Shown: positions 47,981 through 56,995, counted from the stretch's first letter. The stretch: 64,000 nt of DNA from an uncultured virus (IMG/VR IMGVR_UViG_3300025875_000009) (IMGVR_UViG_3300025875_000009); one strand, 5' to 3'. Program-made: numbers and translations. Notes: generated by a model from the sequence alone, not told the origin.

Positions 47981-48472
47981 ATGCAAGAACTCATATCCCG
48001 ATCCGAGGCCCTTGCGCAAGGGCTACCGCACTATAATCGCTGTCGTCCGTGTCGGCATGGCTGCGGTCAGCTGCGTTATGCCGCCAACGGCCACTGTGTA
48101 TCGTGCAATAATAAGCGAACACTCGAAGATCGCTTAGCTAATCCGGCTCTGCATGTTAGATACACCGGCGCTTGGCAGGCTCGAAACCGTGAGCGGTATT
48201 TAGCAGGCCAGCGGCACTACCGCCAAAACAACAAGGGCGTGGTGAACGCCAAACAGGCCCGCCGTCGAGCCGCCAAGCTGAACGCGACACCGGCGTGGCT
48301 GACGTCCGAACAGCTGGCGCAGATACGATGGTTCTACGACAACTGCCCGGAGGGTTGGGAGGTTGACCACATCATCCCGCTGCAGGGCGAGAACGTGTGC
48401 GGTCTGCATGTGCCTTGGAACCTGCAGCACCTGCCTGCGCCTGTGAACCGCAGCAAGGGCAACCGACTGTAG
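47981..48472 (+). mobile_element. HNH homing endonuclease gene
   Basis: [39 protein letters not shown]. Confidence 0.9.
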
Positions 48473-48492
48473 AACTGGGAAAATTCCCAGTT

Positions 48493-48816
48493 TTATGTCG
48501 TTGAGCGCGGCCTGGTGGTGGGCGTGGTGAGCGCGGCTTGGACAGCAGACAGCCGCTGCTGCGCCTCGCGATACAGGGCCGGGTAGGGTTCGTAAGCCTC
48601 GGCCTTGTGCAGCGCGATCTTGACGGCGTTGATCGACTTGCGATCGCCGCAGATCACGTTGCCGTCCCAGCTCAAGCCGGAGGACAGGTCGCGGTCGGGG
48701 TAGCAGATCGGGTTGCGCAGGCTCTCGCGCCACGCGGCGGACAGCTCTGCCATCTCGGGTGTCACCTGATGGGCTTGGCTCAGGATGGTTTGGACGGCGC
48801 GTTCGAGGCGGGTCAT
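48493..48816 (-). CDS. Hypothetical early protein
   Basis: ATGA coupling; 107 aa. Confidence 0.5.
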   Translation of the reverse strand: MTRLERAVQTILSQAHQVTPEMAELSAAWRESLRNPICYPDRDLSSGLSWDGNVICGDRKSINAVKIALHKAEAYEPYPALYREAQQRLSAVQAALTTPTTRPRSTT

Positions 48817-48998
48817 CGGATGCAGTAGCTTTCGCGGCAGTCGTACAGCTGGCCGACCATCTGGTCGGGCTGAAGAACGTGTGGGTTGCCTTCGAGGTCA
48901 CGCAGGACATGGCCGCCGAGCGATCGCTCGTGGCCACATTCCAGCTTGATCGTGGTGGAGCGCCTGTTGCGCTTGGCTTCGGTGATGGCGCGGATCAT
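48813..48998 (-). CDS. Small Cys-containing early protein
   Basis: LECGH...CREC-like pattern; ATGA coupling both sides. Confidence 0.5.
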   Translation of the reverse strand: MIRAITEAKRNRRSTTIKLECGHERSLGGHVLRDLEGNPHVLQPDQMVGQLYDCRESYCIR

Positions 48999-49498
48999 TG
49001 GTAGATCGGCACGAAGTCAGCGTAGCAGTCGTCATCATCCTCGTCGAAGCCCTCGGGCACACCCTTGGCGAGCATGTAGCGGATGCGCTTGGCCGCACCT
49101 TGCGGGGTGTTGTCGACGTCTGACCATGCCCCACCGAAGCACCAGCTGAATGCCTCGCCTTCGACGTCAAACACGCGCCCTTGATATGCGCCCCAGTCCA
49201 TGTTGCCGGCTGGCGTGAAATCCTCGGGGATCGCGAGGAACCCCGCGGCCGGGCCGTGGCCGACAGCACAAGCGACAGCGCCGCACTTGCCGACGCCACC
49301 GTTCTCACGGGCGTACTTGATCTCGACTTCCTTGGCGGCTTCGGCCGCAGCATCGAGGGCGGCGAAATTGATCTCGGCCGCCTTGCGGATGCCGCGCACC
49401 TTCAGCTCTTCGAAGAAGACTTCCATCTCGAAGCCCTTATAGTCGGCGGGCAGGCCTTCGAGGTAGGTGGCGAGGCGCTTGAGGTTGTTACGGTTCAT
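48995..49498 (-). CDS. Hypothetical early protein
   Basis: AGGA SD; CGAVACAVGHGP; acidic C-terminus. Confidence 0.6.
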   Translation of the reverse strand: MNRNNLKRLATYLEGLPADYKGFEMEVFFEELKVRGIRKAAEINFAALDAAAEAAKEVEIKYARENGGVGKCGAVACAVGHGPAAGFLAIPEDFTPAGNMDWGAYQGRVFDVEGEAFSWCFGGAWSDVDNTPQGAAKRIRYMLAKGVPEGFDEDDDDCYADFVPIYQ

Positions 49499-50004
49499 GT
49501 CGTTGGTCCTGTTCTGCTGGTCACCCACGTCGCGCCCCACGCCCAGTAGCGGAGCGAGTTGCAGGCGTGCTCGATGACAATCGCGTTGCTGTGGCCCTGC
49601 GAGCCGGCGCTTGCGCAGGCCTGGACATGGGCCACGGCCGCGTCGTCGTCCTCGAAGATGGCGAGTTCGTCGAGGCGCTCGATGCCGGCGTCGAGGAAGG
49701 TCGAGTTACCGACGAGGTTGAAGATGTCCCAGCCCTCGCTGTTGGCGAGTTCCTGATACTGGGAATTTTCCCACATCGTGCCCGCGCTCTGAAGCACGGC
49801 CCGCGCGACGGGCACGGTGTAGTAGATGAGGGCAGGGCTGACGTGCATCTTGCACTCGGGTAGCCAGATGTCACCCTCATCGTTGAGGACGAGAGGCAGG
49901 CGAAGGCCGGTCACGAGAACTGCGCCCGGAGCCACGCCATGCGCTCCTTGGGCGGCAGGCTCAGCCAGGGGGGCGCGCAGGTCGCGGTGCTGTTGGCAGG
50001 TCAT
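49495..50004 (-). CDS. Hypothetical early protein
   Basis: AAGGAG SD; EGWDIF...IERLDE..IFEDDDAA. Confidence 0.55.
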   Translation of the reverse strand: MTCQQHRDLRAPLAEPAAQGAHGVAPGAVLVTGLRLPLVLNDEGDIWLPECKMHVSPALIYYTVPVARAVLQSAGTMWENSQYQELANSEGWDIFNLVGNSTFLDAGIERLDELAIFEDDDAAVAHVQACASAGSQGHSNAIVIEHACNSLRYWAWGATWVTSRTGPTT

Positions 50005-50049
50005 GGGAAACTCCTTGAGTCAAAGATTTTGGGTGTGTACGATGGCAGG

Positions 50050-50532
50050 ATGGATGTGATCTCTCGCCGCGACGCCAAGGCACAGGGCCTCAAGTTCTAC
50101 TTCACGGGCAAGCCGTGCAAGCAGGGTCATGTTGCTCCGCGATATACCAGCGGTGAGAGCTGCACCTTGTGCATCATTGCGAAGGCCAAACAGCATCGGC
50201 TGGAGGATCCCGAGGCGCATCGTGTCGCGCTTCGTAAACACCGGGCTGGTAATCTTGAGAAGATGCGCAAGACCCAGCGTGACTGGAACCGCAACAACCG
50301 ACCCAAGGTTCGGGTGCATGAGGCCAAGCGGCGCGCGGCAAAGGCGCAGCGCGTTCTGCCGGGCCATGAGGCCGAGCTGGCGCGGATATACCGCGAGTGC
50401 CCGCCCGGCCATCATGTCGATCACATTGTGCCGCTTCACCATCCTTGTGTCTGCGGTCTGCACGTTCCGTGGAACCTGCAATATCTGACCGAGGCCGAGA
50501 ACTTGGCGAAGGGCAACCGCTGGGACGGTTAG
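50050..50532 (+). mobile_element. HNH homing endonuclease gene
   Basis: MDVISRRDA..GLKFYFTGKPCKQGH; HHVDHIVPL...CGLHVPWNLQ. Confidence 0.9.
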
Positions 50533-50795
50533 AGCCGTCCCGAAAAGATCTTGGGCGTGCGCACCGCGGCGTTGATGGTCGCGGGATCGATCTCAACCTG
50601 AAACGCACGCTGTCGACCCAGACGCCGCGTCACCTCCGCGAGGACGAGGTGCGGATACTCAGCCTGCTCGATCAGGTCGCAGAACACCGTGCGGTGCTTC
50701 TGGCGCTCGGCGACGGCGTGGTCGGGCAGGCGGCACTCGGCGCGGGCGTGGTGCAGGGCAACAGCGACGCGCAGGGCGGTGGAGATGTGCGGCAT
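50529..50795 (-). CDS. Hypothetical early protein
   Basis: AAGGA SD; downstream of a TGGGAA motif copy. Confidence 0.5.
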   Translation of the reverse strand: MPHISTALRVAVALHHARAECRLPDHAVAERQKHRTVFCDLIEQAEYPHLVLAEVTRRLGRQRAFQVEIDPATINAAVRTPKIFSGRL

Positions 50796-50880
50796 GGGAG
50801 GTGTCCTTCTTGGTTGCGATCAACTTGGGAAAATTCCCAGATCATGGTTGATCGGCATGACCTGGAAGGGGGCGTGGTGG

Positions 50881-51210
50881 CTAGGGCAGCTGGCCGCGGG
50901 CTACGCGGTAGAGGGCGTTCAGCCCTTTCGAGCGGTCGCCGGTGCGGATGCCGCTATCGTTGGCGCTGTACAGGTCGTCGGTTTCGGTGCTGCCGATGGC
51001 CCGATACACGCCGTGATAGTCGGAGCTGTTGAGTTCGCAGGCGAGCCGGCCGACGGCGCAGAAGCAGTCCGCAAATACGCTGGTGGGCGGTACGGACGTG
51101 CCGTTGGCGGCCTCGGCCAACCGAAACCCGATGTGCTTGTCAGGGTTGGCCTTGAGCCAGTCTGCGGCGCGCTTGGCAGCAGCGCGTGTTTCAGGCGTGA
51201 AGTAGACCAC
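50881..51210 (-). CDS. Hypothetical early protein
   Basis: AAGGA SD then GTG; RAADWL...CFCAVGRL. Confidence 0.5.
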   Translation of the reverse strand: MVYFTPETRAAAKRAADWLKANPDKHIGFRLAEAANGTSVPPTSVFADCFCAVGRLACELNSSDYHGVYRAIGSTETDDLYSANDSGIRTGDRSKGLNALYRVARGQLP

Positions 51211-51403
51211 GGCGATGATCCTTCCTGCGGGGCTTGGAATTGTCGGTGCGGCGGTACACGGCGTTCTTCTCACGCTTGGACCACCAGCTCTTGACGCGGA
51301 TCGGTTCACAGTTCGGGCCGGGCTGGCCGGACGGTGCGGGGATGGCGTCGATCTCGGCCTGCTGCTGGGCGAGATAGCGGGCGCGGTCATTCCAGAGGAA
51401 CAT
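51191..51403 (-). CDS. Hypothetical early protein
   Basis: MFLWNDRARY..., AAGGA upstream. Confidence 0.45.
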   Translation of the reverse strand: MFLWNDRARYLAQQQAEIDAIPAPSGQPGPNCEPIRVKSWWSKREKNAVYRRTDNSKPRRKDHRRGLLHA

Positions 51404-51405
51404 GG

Positions 51406-51693
51406 TCAGTTGATCCTTGCTGCGAGGCGGTCGACGCGGATGTTCAGCGTGCGCTGGACCTGCGGATGCCAGACGTCGCCCTTGGCGTACTCGCGGGCGA
51501 TCCGCTCGGCGCGGGTAAGCGCCCACCAGTTGTAGCGGTCGACGGCCGCGGCGGCGGCATGATACGCGAGCAGGATCGAGGACGGTGCGACGATCAAGCA
51601 CCACGCGGCGTCCCAGTGCGACAGCACGCCGGTGGCGCACGCTACGGTGATGATCGTCAGGCAGATGCAAGCGAAGAAGGCGGCGCGGATCAT
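51406..51693 (-). CDS. Early membrane protein
   Basis: GGAG SD; two hydrophobic segments. Confidence 0.55.
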   Translation of the reverse strand: MIRAAFFACICLTIITVACATGVLSHWDAAWCLIVAPSSILLAYHAAAAAVDRYNWWALTRAERIAREYAKGDVWHPQVQRTLNIRVDRLAARIN

Positions 51694-51770
51694 CGTGCGG
51701 CTCCATGTGAAGATTTGGGAAAATTCCCAAGAGGTCGTCGGTGACGGTTCTCTGGGCGTGGTGGAGAGTG

Positions 51771-51848
51771 AGGGCGCGCCTATCGGGCAGGGCGTGCGTG
51801 CCCGTCAGGGCGCGCCTATCGGGCAGGGCGCGCCTATCGGGCAGGGCG
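51771..51848. repeat. Tandem 18-bp direct repeats (iteron-like)
   Basis: AGGGCGCGCCTATCGGGC at 51771, 51807, 51825; degenerate unit at 51789; partial at 51843. Confidence 0.9.
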
Positions 51849-51884
51849 TTGGCGTGGACCAGGCCACGTCGTTAGCGCCTAAAC

Positions 51885-52010
51885 GCTCCGTTTTTATCTA
51901 ATTGCCGGGTAACTCGTATATGTACCATATACTGTATATATTTATTCATCTGGCTACCAGATATATGAATAAATACATCTCTTTACCCGGCAATTAGATA
52001 AAAACGGAGC
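51885..52010. repeat. Perfect 28-bp inverted repeat around a 70-bp AT-rich core (candidate replication origin)
   Basis: GCTCCGTTTTTATCTAATTGCCGGGTAA (51885-51912) and its reverse complement (51983-52010). Confidence 0.85.
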
Positions 52011-52085
52011 CTTACTCGCCCAAGAACGCAGTGGAAAATTTGGGAAAATTCCCAATCTCACCGGCTGCGGCGCGCAACAGACCGG

Positions 52086-52469
52086 TCAATTACCGGCCTG
52101 GAGCACGCGAACGTGATAGCCCCGCGACCGCATCTGCCGGGCGTAGGTATCGGCATTGCGCCGCGACGGCTCACCATACCGGCTGCGACCGCCGGCACCG
52201 CCACCCGTGGCGTTCTCGACGTGAATATCCCACAAGATCGGCCCACCGCTGGCGTCAGGGTGCGATCGATAGACGATCAATTCGGGCAGGCTCTCGGATG
52301 GGTCAGGCGCGGCGGCGCGCAGCTGCCCCTCGATCCATCGGTTGTGGATCACGCGCTTGCGCTGGCGCTCGATACGCTCGGCTTCGAGTCGCGCGGCGGT
52401 GGCGAGAACCAGCGCGTCGCGGGCGCGCCGCTCAAGAGCGGCGGCCTCGACAACAATGTTGCGGCTCAC
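52086..52469 (-). CDS. Hypothetical early protein
   Basis: GTG start overlapping the stop of the upstream micro-ORF (GTGA). Confidence 0.5.
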   Translation of the reverse strand: MSRNIVVEAAALERRARDALVLATAARLEAERIERQRKRVIHNRWIEGQLRAAAPDPSESLPELIVYRSHPDASGGPILWDIHVENATGGGAGGRSRYGEPSRRNADTYARQMRSRGYHVRVLQAGN

Positions 52470-52552
52470 AGGCCGTACTCGTCGAGCAGGGCGAGAATAT
52501 CCTCGTCGGGTTCGGCGGTGTCGAGCGGATAGATTTCGGACAGGTCGGGCAC
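52466..52552 (-). CDS. 28-aa acidic peptide (not in ORF track)
   Basis: GGAGG-N5-GTG; MPDLSEIYPLDTAEPDEDILALLDEYGL; coupled to next gene. Confidence 0.6.
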   Translation of the reverse strand: MPDLSEIYPLDTAEPDEDILALLDEYGL

Positions 52553-52627
52553 GTTGGCCTCCGTTGGGAAAATTCCCAGCCGCGTCGCACTCGCGGCCGG
52601 GCATTGGCATATGGGACGAAGCGCGGC

Positions 52628-53278
52628 TTAGGCCGCCAGCTTCAGCTGCGACGTGGTGTAGGCGTCCATGCGGTCGGCGATCGCCTTGCGGAGAGCCGCG
52701 ACCGTGTCGCTGGCGGCGAGGAAAGCCGCATCATCCATGCCAGCGATGATGAGCGCGGCTTTGTTCAGAATGTCCGCGTCGGACACCACGACACCGCCGG
52801 TCGGCTCGTTCGTGCCGGTGTTGGTTTCGGCTTCCTCGCTTGGGCCCACATCCTTGGCGGCGTCGGCGCGCATCTGGTCGGCGATCGCCACGGTGAGGGC
52901 ACGCAGGCTCTTGGGCGCACCTTCGGCGTCGAACACGAACGCGGTGGCGATCTTGGTGAGCGCGTCATCGCCCTTGGCGTTCTCGTGCGCCTTGAGGATG
53001 CTCTCCACCGTCTTGCGGGTGGCGTCACCGCCGACGAAGTCGCGCAGGCCGGAGAGCTTGTCCACGGGCTTGCCGCTCTTGGCCTTCGGGTTCCCGAAGG
53101 AAGCGATCACGGTGGCGACCACCTTGTCGGGGGAGGCGGCACCGGTCATGAGGGCGGCGAGGATCGAACGTGCCATCGGCGTCGCCTTGTTCTCGGCAGT
53201 CACCGCGGCCGAACGGAAAGCCTTGATCGTCTCGCCCATGTTGTTCGCGATAGGGCTCATGTCGGTCATATCATTCAC
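52628..53278 (-). CDS. Ala-rich hypothetical protein, first gene of the early arm
   Basis: 216-aa ORF with phage-typical codon bias; GGAG SD suggests start near 53269. Confidence 0.65.
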   Translation of the reverse strand: MNDMTDMSPIANNMGETIKAFRSAAVTAENKATPMARSILAALMTGAASPDKVVATVIASFGNPKAKSGKPVDKLSGLRDFVGGDATRKTVESILKAHENAKGDDALTKIATAFVFDAEGAPKSLRALTVAIADQMRADAAKDVGPSEEAETNTGTNEPTGGVVVSDADILNKAALIIAGMDDAAFLAASDTVAALRKAIADRMDAYTTSQLKLAA

Positions 53279-53289
53279 TCCAAAAGGAT

Positions 53290-53303
53290 TGGGAAAATTC
53301 CCA
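53290..53303. promoter_or_regulatory. Representative copy of dispersed TGGGAAAATTCCCA near-palindrome
   Basis: Same 14-mer at 6023, 48476, 50826, 51716, 52041, 52565; reverse at 49760; variant at 53741. Confidence 0.7.
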
Positions 53304-54037
53304 ACATCCCAGCATCATGCTGGTGGAAACCACTGGCGTTGAGCCAGTAGTTACCACCACCATGACAAGACGCATCGCACGCGCCCTGGAGCATCGTAGT
53401 GGAAATGGTGACGGGACTAATGCGCCCGCTACGTCGACCCCCGTTGTTCCGCTTTCGTCTCGCCTACGCCATACCCTTGCCAAAGGGGTTAGCCATGACT
53501 GCCCTACTCGATTGCCGGACGGCTTGCGCCTCACCCGGACCCCGGAAAACTCTCGTGTCACTCGTGTCACCACGCGGCGCCACATCCGGTTTGGACCCGG
53601 ATGCGGCTTGTTGTGCCGCTTCATGTCCCCACAACGCAGGGGCTGTCCACCCCACGTCGCCAGACGTCACCCGTCACCCGGATAACCACGCTACGATGTT
53701 TCGGCCGTGCGCTCGCCTAGCCGGGCTTGGTCCGGCATGTTGGGAATATTCCCAGTATGTTGGGGTAGGCACAATGTACCTACGCCTCACCCAAGGGGAG
53801 GACTTGGCCCTAGCCCCGGAGGGGAGGGCGGCGGGGAAAGCGTTTCCGCTGACCGCCCACCAACAATGGCAGAGGGGGTGAGGTAATCCAGCACAAGGCA
53901 GGAAGGGTAACACGTTGATTTTCCTAGGTTTTTTGCCAGTATACTATGATAGTGGGCCGTGGAATTTCGCATAATTTTTCCAGTTTTTTGAAACTTTCAC
54001 CCTTGTCCGCACAGTTTTCGCGCGATAATTATGAAGA

Positions 54038-54499
54038 ATGAACCGACTTCCGCTCGAAATTCGCTACCGGCGCGATAAAGCCCTGAAATTGGGCCACGCC
54101 ACCTACATGGGCCGGGCCTGCAAGCACGGGCACGACGGTCGCCGTCGAACCGCCAGCGGCGTGTGTGTCGGCTGTCAGCAGGCCGACAAACGGAAGCGGA
54201 GCGGGCGATCTGTCGCTTGGAACCGTGAAAATCGCGCCGCCCGGCTGCTGACCAAGGCCAAATCCCGCGCTCAGGCGACCGGCCGCGCCTTTGACCTGGG
54301 CCTCGACGACATCACCATTCCCGAAACGTGTCCTGTGCTCGGCATCCCGCTCGATCAGCCGAGCCTCGATCGCTTCGACAACAGCCTCGGGTATGTGAAG
54401 GGTAACGTGCGGGTGATCTCGCTGCGTGCCAACCGGCTGAAAGGCGACGCAACGGTCGAGGAAGTCGAGGCCATCCTTCGCTACATGCGCGGAGGATGA
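54038..54499 (+). mobile_element. HNH-type homing endonuclease gene
   Basis: Y.G.ACKHGH...C..C N-module; CPVLG...PSLDRFDNSLGYVKGNVRVIS..AN..K. Confidence 0.8.
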
Positions 54500-54511
54500 C
54501 CTCGAACCCGG

Positions 54512-56995
54512 TCACTTTTCGGGCAAAACAGGGCCAACGACCTTCATCTTGATGGCGCGATGGCGCATCACACCGGTCGCGTCCTGATACGGCTCACATT
54601 CGTGGCCCAGCTCGCCCAGCATTTGCTGGAACCGCTCATAGGACACCGAAAAACCCCGACTGACGTCCTTCATGTAGAAAACATATTGGTCAAAGACCAC
54701 GCGGGCGTCGACATGGTCGGCTTTGTCCTGCGTCGGGCGGATTTTGTCGCTCGACTGCAGGAACGCGGCCACCGAGTTGTTCGAACGCAGCACCTGATTG
54801 ATGCGAACCTGATGCGACGAAGGCAGCGTGTAGTCGCGCTGCCGCTGCAGCCGGGCCAGACCCTGCACCGCCCATGCCGCGATCGCCTCGCGCTCCTCCG
54901 CGACGAGGATCTTGTGGAAGTCGACAATTTTCTCATGCGCCAGCACGATGCGATTGAAGTCGAGGATCAGCCAGCGCCGGACGAAACCGCCCGACGTGTC
55001 GCGCGACCGCGGCAGGAAGTTGGACCCGAACCAGTTTGCGGCGATCGGCCGGAACTCGAAAGCGTCCTTCCCCTTGAATTCGGTGTGCTGACCGGTCCCC
55101 TCGATCACCTCCTTGAAGGCGCGGCCGTCGATTGTCGCCTCCTCGGGCAGCTCGCCGCAGACGTTCAGCGTTTTGCCGATCATCGCCGCCAGCTGGAACC
55201 GCTCGTTCCACAGCGTCGGCGGCACCGAGCACTGCGCAGACGGCGGCATCATGGCCTTCAGCACCTCCAGCGCCTGCGTCTTGCCGGTGCCGGGCTTGCC
55301 GTGCAGCAGGATCGCGCGCTGATACGACGGAGCGATGCCGAACATCGTCGCCGCGAACGCCTCCTGCAGCGCGGCGACCTTGTCGGCATAGTCCTCGTCG
55401 TCGCCCCACGACTGCTCCAGATATTCCAACCACTTGTGCGCCTCGGCGGCGCGCTCGGGGATGTAGTTGAAAGGCAGCGTGAAGGTCTTGCCGTATTTCG
55501 GGCTGTGGTCGTGCAGCTGCAGGTTCGCGTCGAGAAACCCGTTCGCGAAGTTGATGCCGATCTCCATCTCGGTGCCAAGCGGCGCGCGCGCCACCTTCCC
55601 GACGGTCTTGGTGATCGCCTGATAATCGTTGTGCCGGCGCGCCAGCGCGTTGCCCTTGATGCTCTCGGCGACCGCCATGTAGACGTCGTCCTCCTCGATC
55701 GCCTGATGGCACGAGCCGGACCACTGCCAGAACTTACCCTGCGCGAAGATCAGGTCGCCGCCGCGGCTCATTTCCTCATAGATCTGACGCGCGATCGCCT
55801 CGTGATCGGCCGCCTGCTCGCTGTCACCGCGGCGCGCTTCCTTGAACAGGCGCTTCAGGTCGGGCTTCGGCACGCTGACGCCCGACATCCGCTTGATGTT
55901 ATCCTTCTCGATGAAGCTGGCGAACAGCATGTCGGAGAAGTTCTCGTCCTTGGCGAGCAGCGTCACGATCTCCTCGACGCGCGCGAGCGCCCAGTCGACG
56001 TCACCCGGCTGCTCCATCACCTTGGCCTCCAGCCATTCCTGCGCCTTGGTCACGGTCCACCGCTGCTGCTCGTTCTTCTTCGACATCTCGGCGATCGCCG
56101 GGTGCGCGCGCTGGTCATCAGTCAGGCCGGTGTCCCAGCCCTCGGGCAGGGTCTTGCCCTTCTCGACGTCCTTGAGCAGAAACTCGACCAGCTTCGCCAC
56201 GCCCTTGTCAGGGTCCATATCGTCACCACCCGCGGTGTGCGAAGTGAAGTTCTCGACCCAATGCGACATGTGCTTCATCGCTTCGGCGAGCGTGAACTTG
56301 GCGTTCTTGTCGATGCCCATGACGACGCGCGCCAGATAGCCGGCGTGCCGGACCATCTGGATGTCGCGCTCACCCTGCGGCACTACGTCGAGCGGCGCGC
56401 TGCGGCCGGACTGCGCGAGCGTAAACCCCTTGGTGCCGAGGATCGGCTCCAGCGCCTGGCGCAGGATGCGCTCGACGTCGAGCGGCAGCGGCTCGATCTT
56501 GTCCAGAACCTCGTACAGGTGGGTGTCCGAGACATAGGGCCGGCCGGTGTCAGGGTGGATCGATGGCGGCATGACCATCTGGTTGCCCGCGCCGAGGAAC
56601 TCGACGATGCTCTCGTTGTCGCTGTTGCGCAGCTTGAAGTTCGGCTGACCCTGCCAGCGGTAGATCAGGCCCATGCCCTTCTTGCCGACGCGCACCCACG
56701 GCGACGCGGGGAGCGCGGCGCGGATCGCAGCGACCAGATCCTCGTCCTCGGTATCGATGTCGATCGCGCACAGACCCGAGGCTTTGCCAAAGGGCAGACC
56801 GATGTTCGACTGCGGGTACGACAGCAGCCAGCTGTGACGCATCGCCTCCGACGGCATCACGTCGCCGTACTGGGTCCACTCGGACAGAATCGGGGCCTTG
56901 CCCTTGCCCTTCGACGGGCTGTCCCAACGCTTGAGGGGCATGACGGGGATGCCCGCTGCCCAGTACAACGGGGCGTGGTCGTGGAAAATGGACAT
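54512..56995 (-). CDS. Primase-polymerase fused to D5-like SF3 helicase
   Basis: N-terminal Prim-Pol (NIG, AIDID, PPSIHP.TG.PY); C-terminal HGKPGTGKT, CGEL, FGSN.LP, GFVRRW. Confidence 0.9.
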   Translation of the reverse strand: MSIFHDHAPLYWAAGIPVMPLKRWDSPSKGKGKAPILSEWTQYGDVMPSEAMRHSWLLSYPQSNIGLPFGKASGLCAIDIDTEDEDLVAAIRAALPASPWVRVGKKGMGLIYRWQGQPNFKLRNSDNESIVEFLGAGNQMVMPPSIHPDTGRPYVSDTHLYEVLDKIEPLPLDVERILRQALEPILGTKGFTLAQSGRSAPLDVVPQGERDIQMVRHAGYLARVVMGIDKNAKFTLAEAMKHMSHWVENFTSHTAGGDDMDPDKGVAKLVEFLLKDVEKGKTLPEGWDTGLTDDQRAHPAIAEMSKKNEQQRWTVTKAQEWLEAKVMEQPGDVDWALARVEEIVTLLAKDENFSDMLFASFIEKDNIKRMSGVSVPKPDLKRLFKEARRGDSEQAADHEAIARQIYEEMSRGGDLIFAQGKFWQWSGSCHQAIEEDDVYMAVAESIKGNALARRHNDYQAITKTVGKVARAPLGTEMEIGINFANGFLDANLQLHDHSPKYGKTFTLPFNYIPERAAEAHKWLEYLEQSWGDDEDYADKVAALQEAFAATMFGIAPSYQRAILLHGKPGTGKTQALEVLKAMMPPSAQCSVPPTLWNERFQLAAMIGKTLNVCGELPEEATIDGRAFKEVIEGTGQHTEFKGKDAFEFRPIAANWFGSNFLPRSRDTSGGFVRRWLILDFNRIVLAHEKIVDFHKILVAEEREAIAAWAVQGLARLQRQRDYTLPSSHQVRINQVLRSNNSVAAFLQSSDKIRPTQDKADHVDARVVFDQYVFYMKDVSRGFSVSYERFQQMLGELGHECEPYQDATGVMRHRAIKMKVVGPVLPEK

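Noticed and set aside
51771..51848. 18-bp repeats as a CRISPR array
   Set aside because: Units are head-to-tail with no unique spacers, and no cas genes are present.
48476..53754. TGGGAAAATTCCCA copies as CRISPR repeats or attC-like cassette sites
   Set aside because: Only 14 bp, irregularly spaced hundreds of bp apart, two copies lie inside coding regions, and no integrase is seen.
53280..54030. tRNA genes in the non-coding region
   Set aside because: No cloverleaf with a T-loop GTTCRA and acceptor stem was found by eye.
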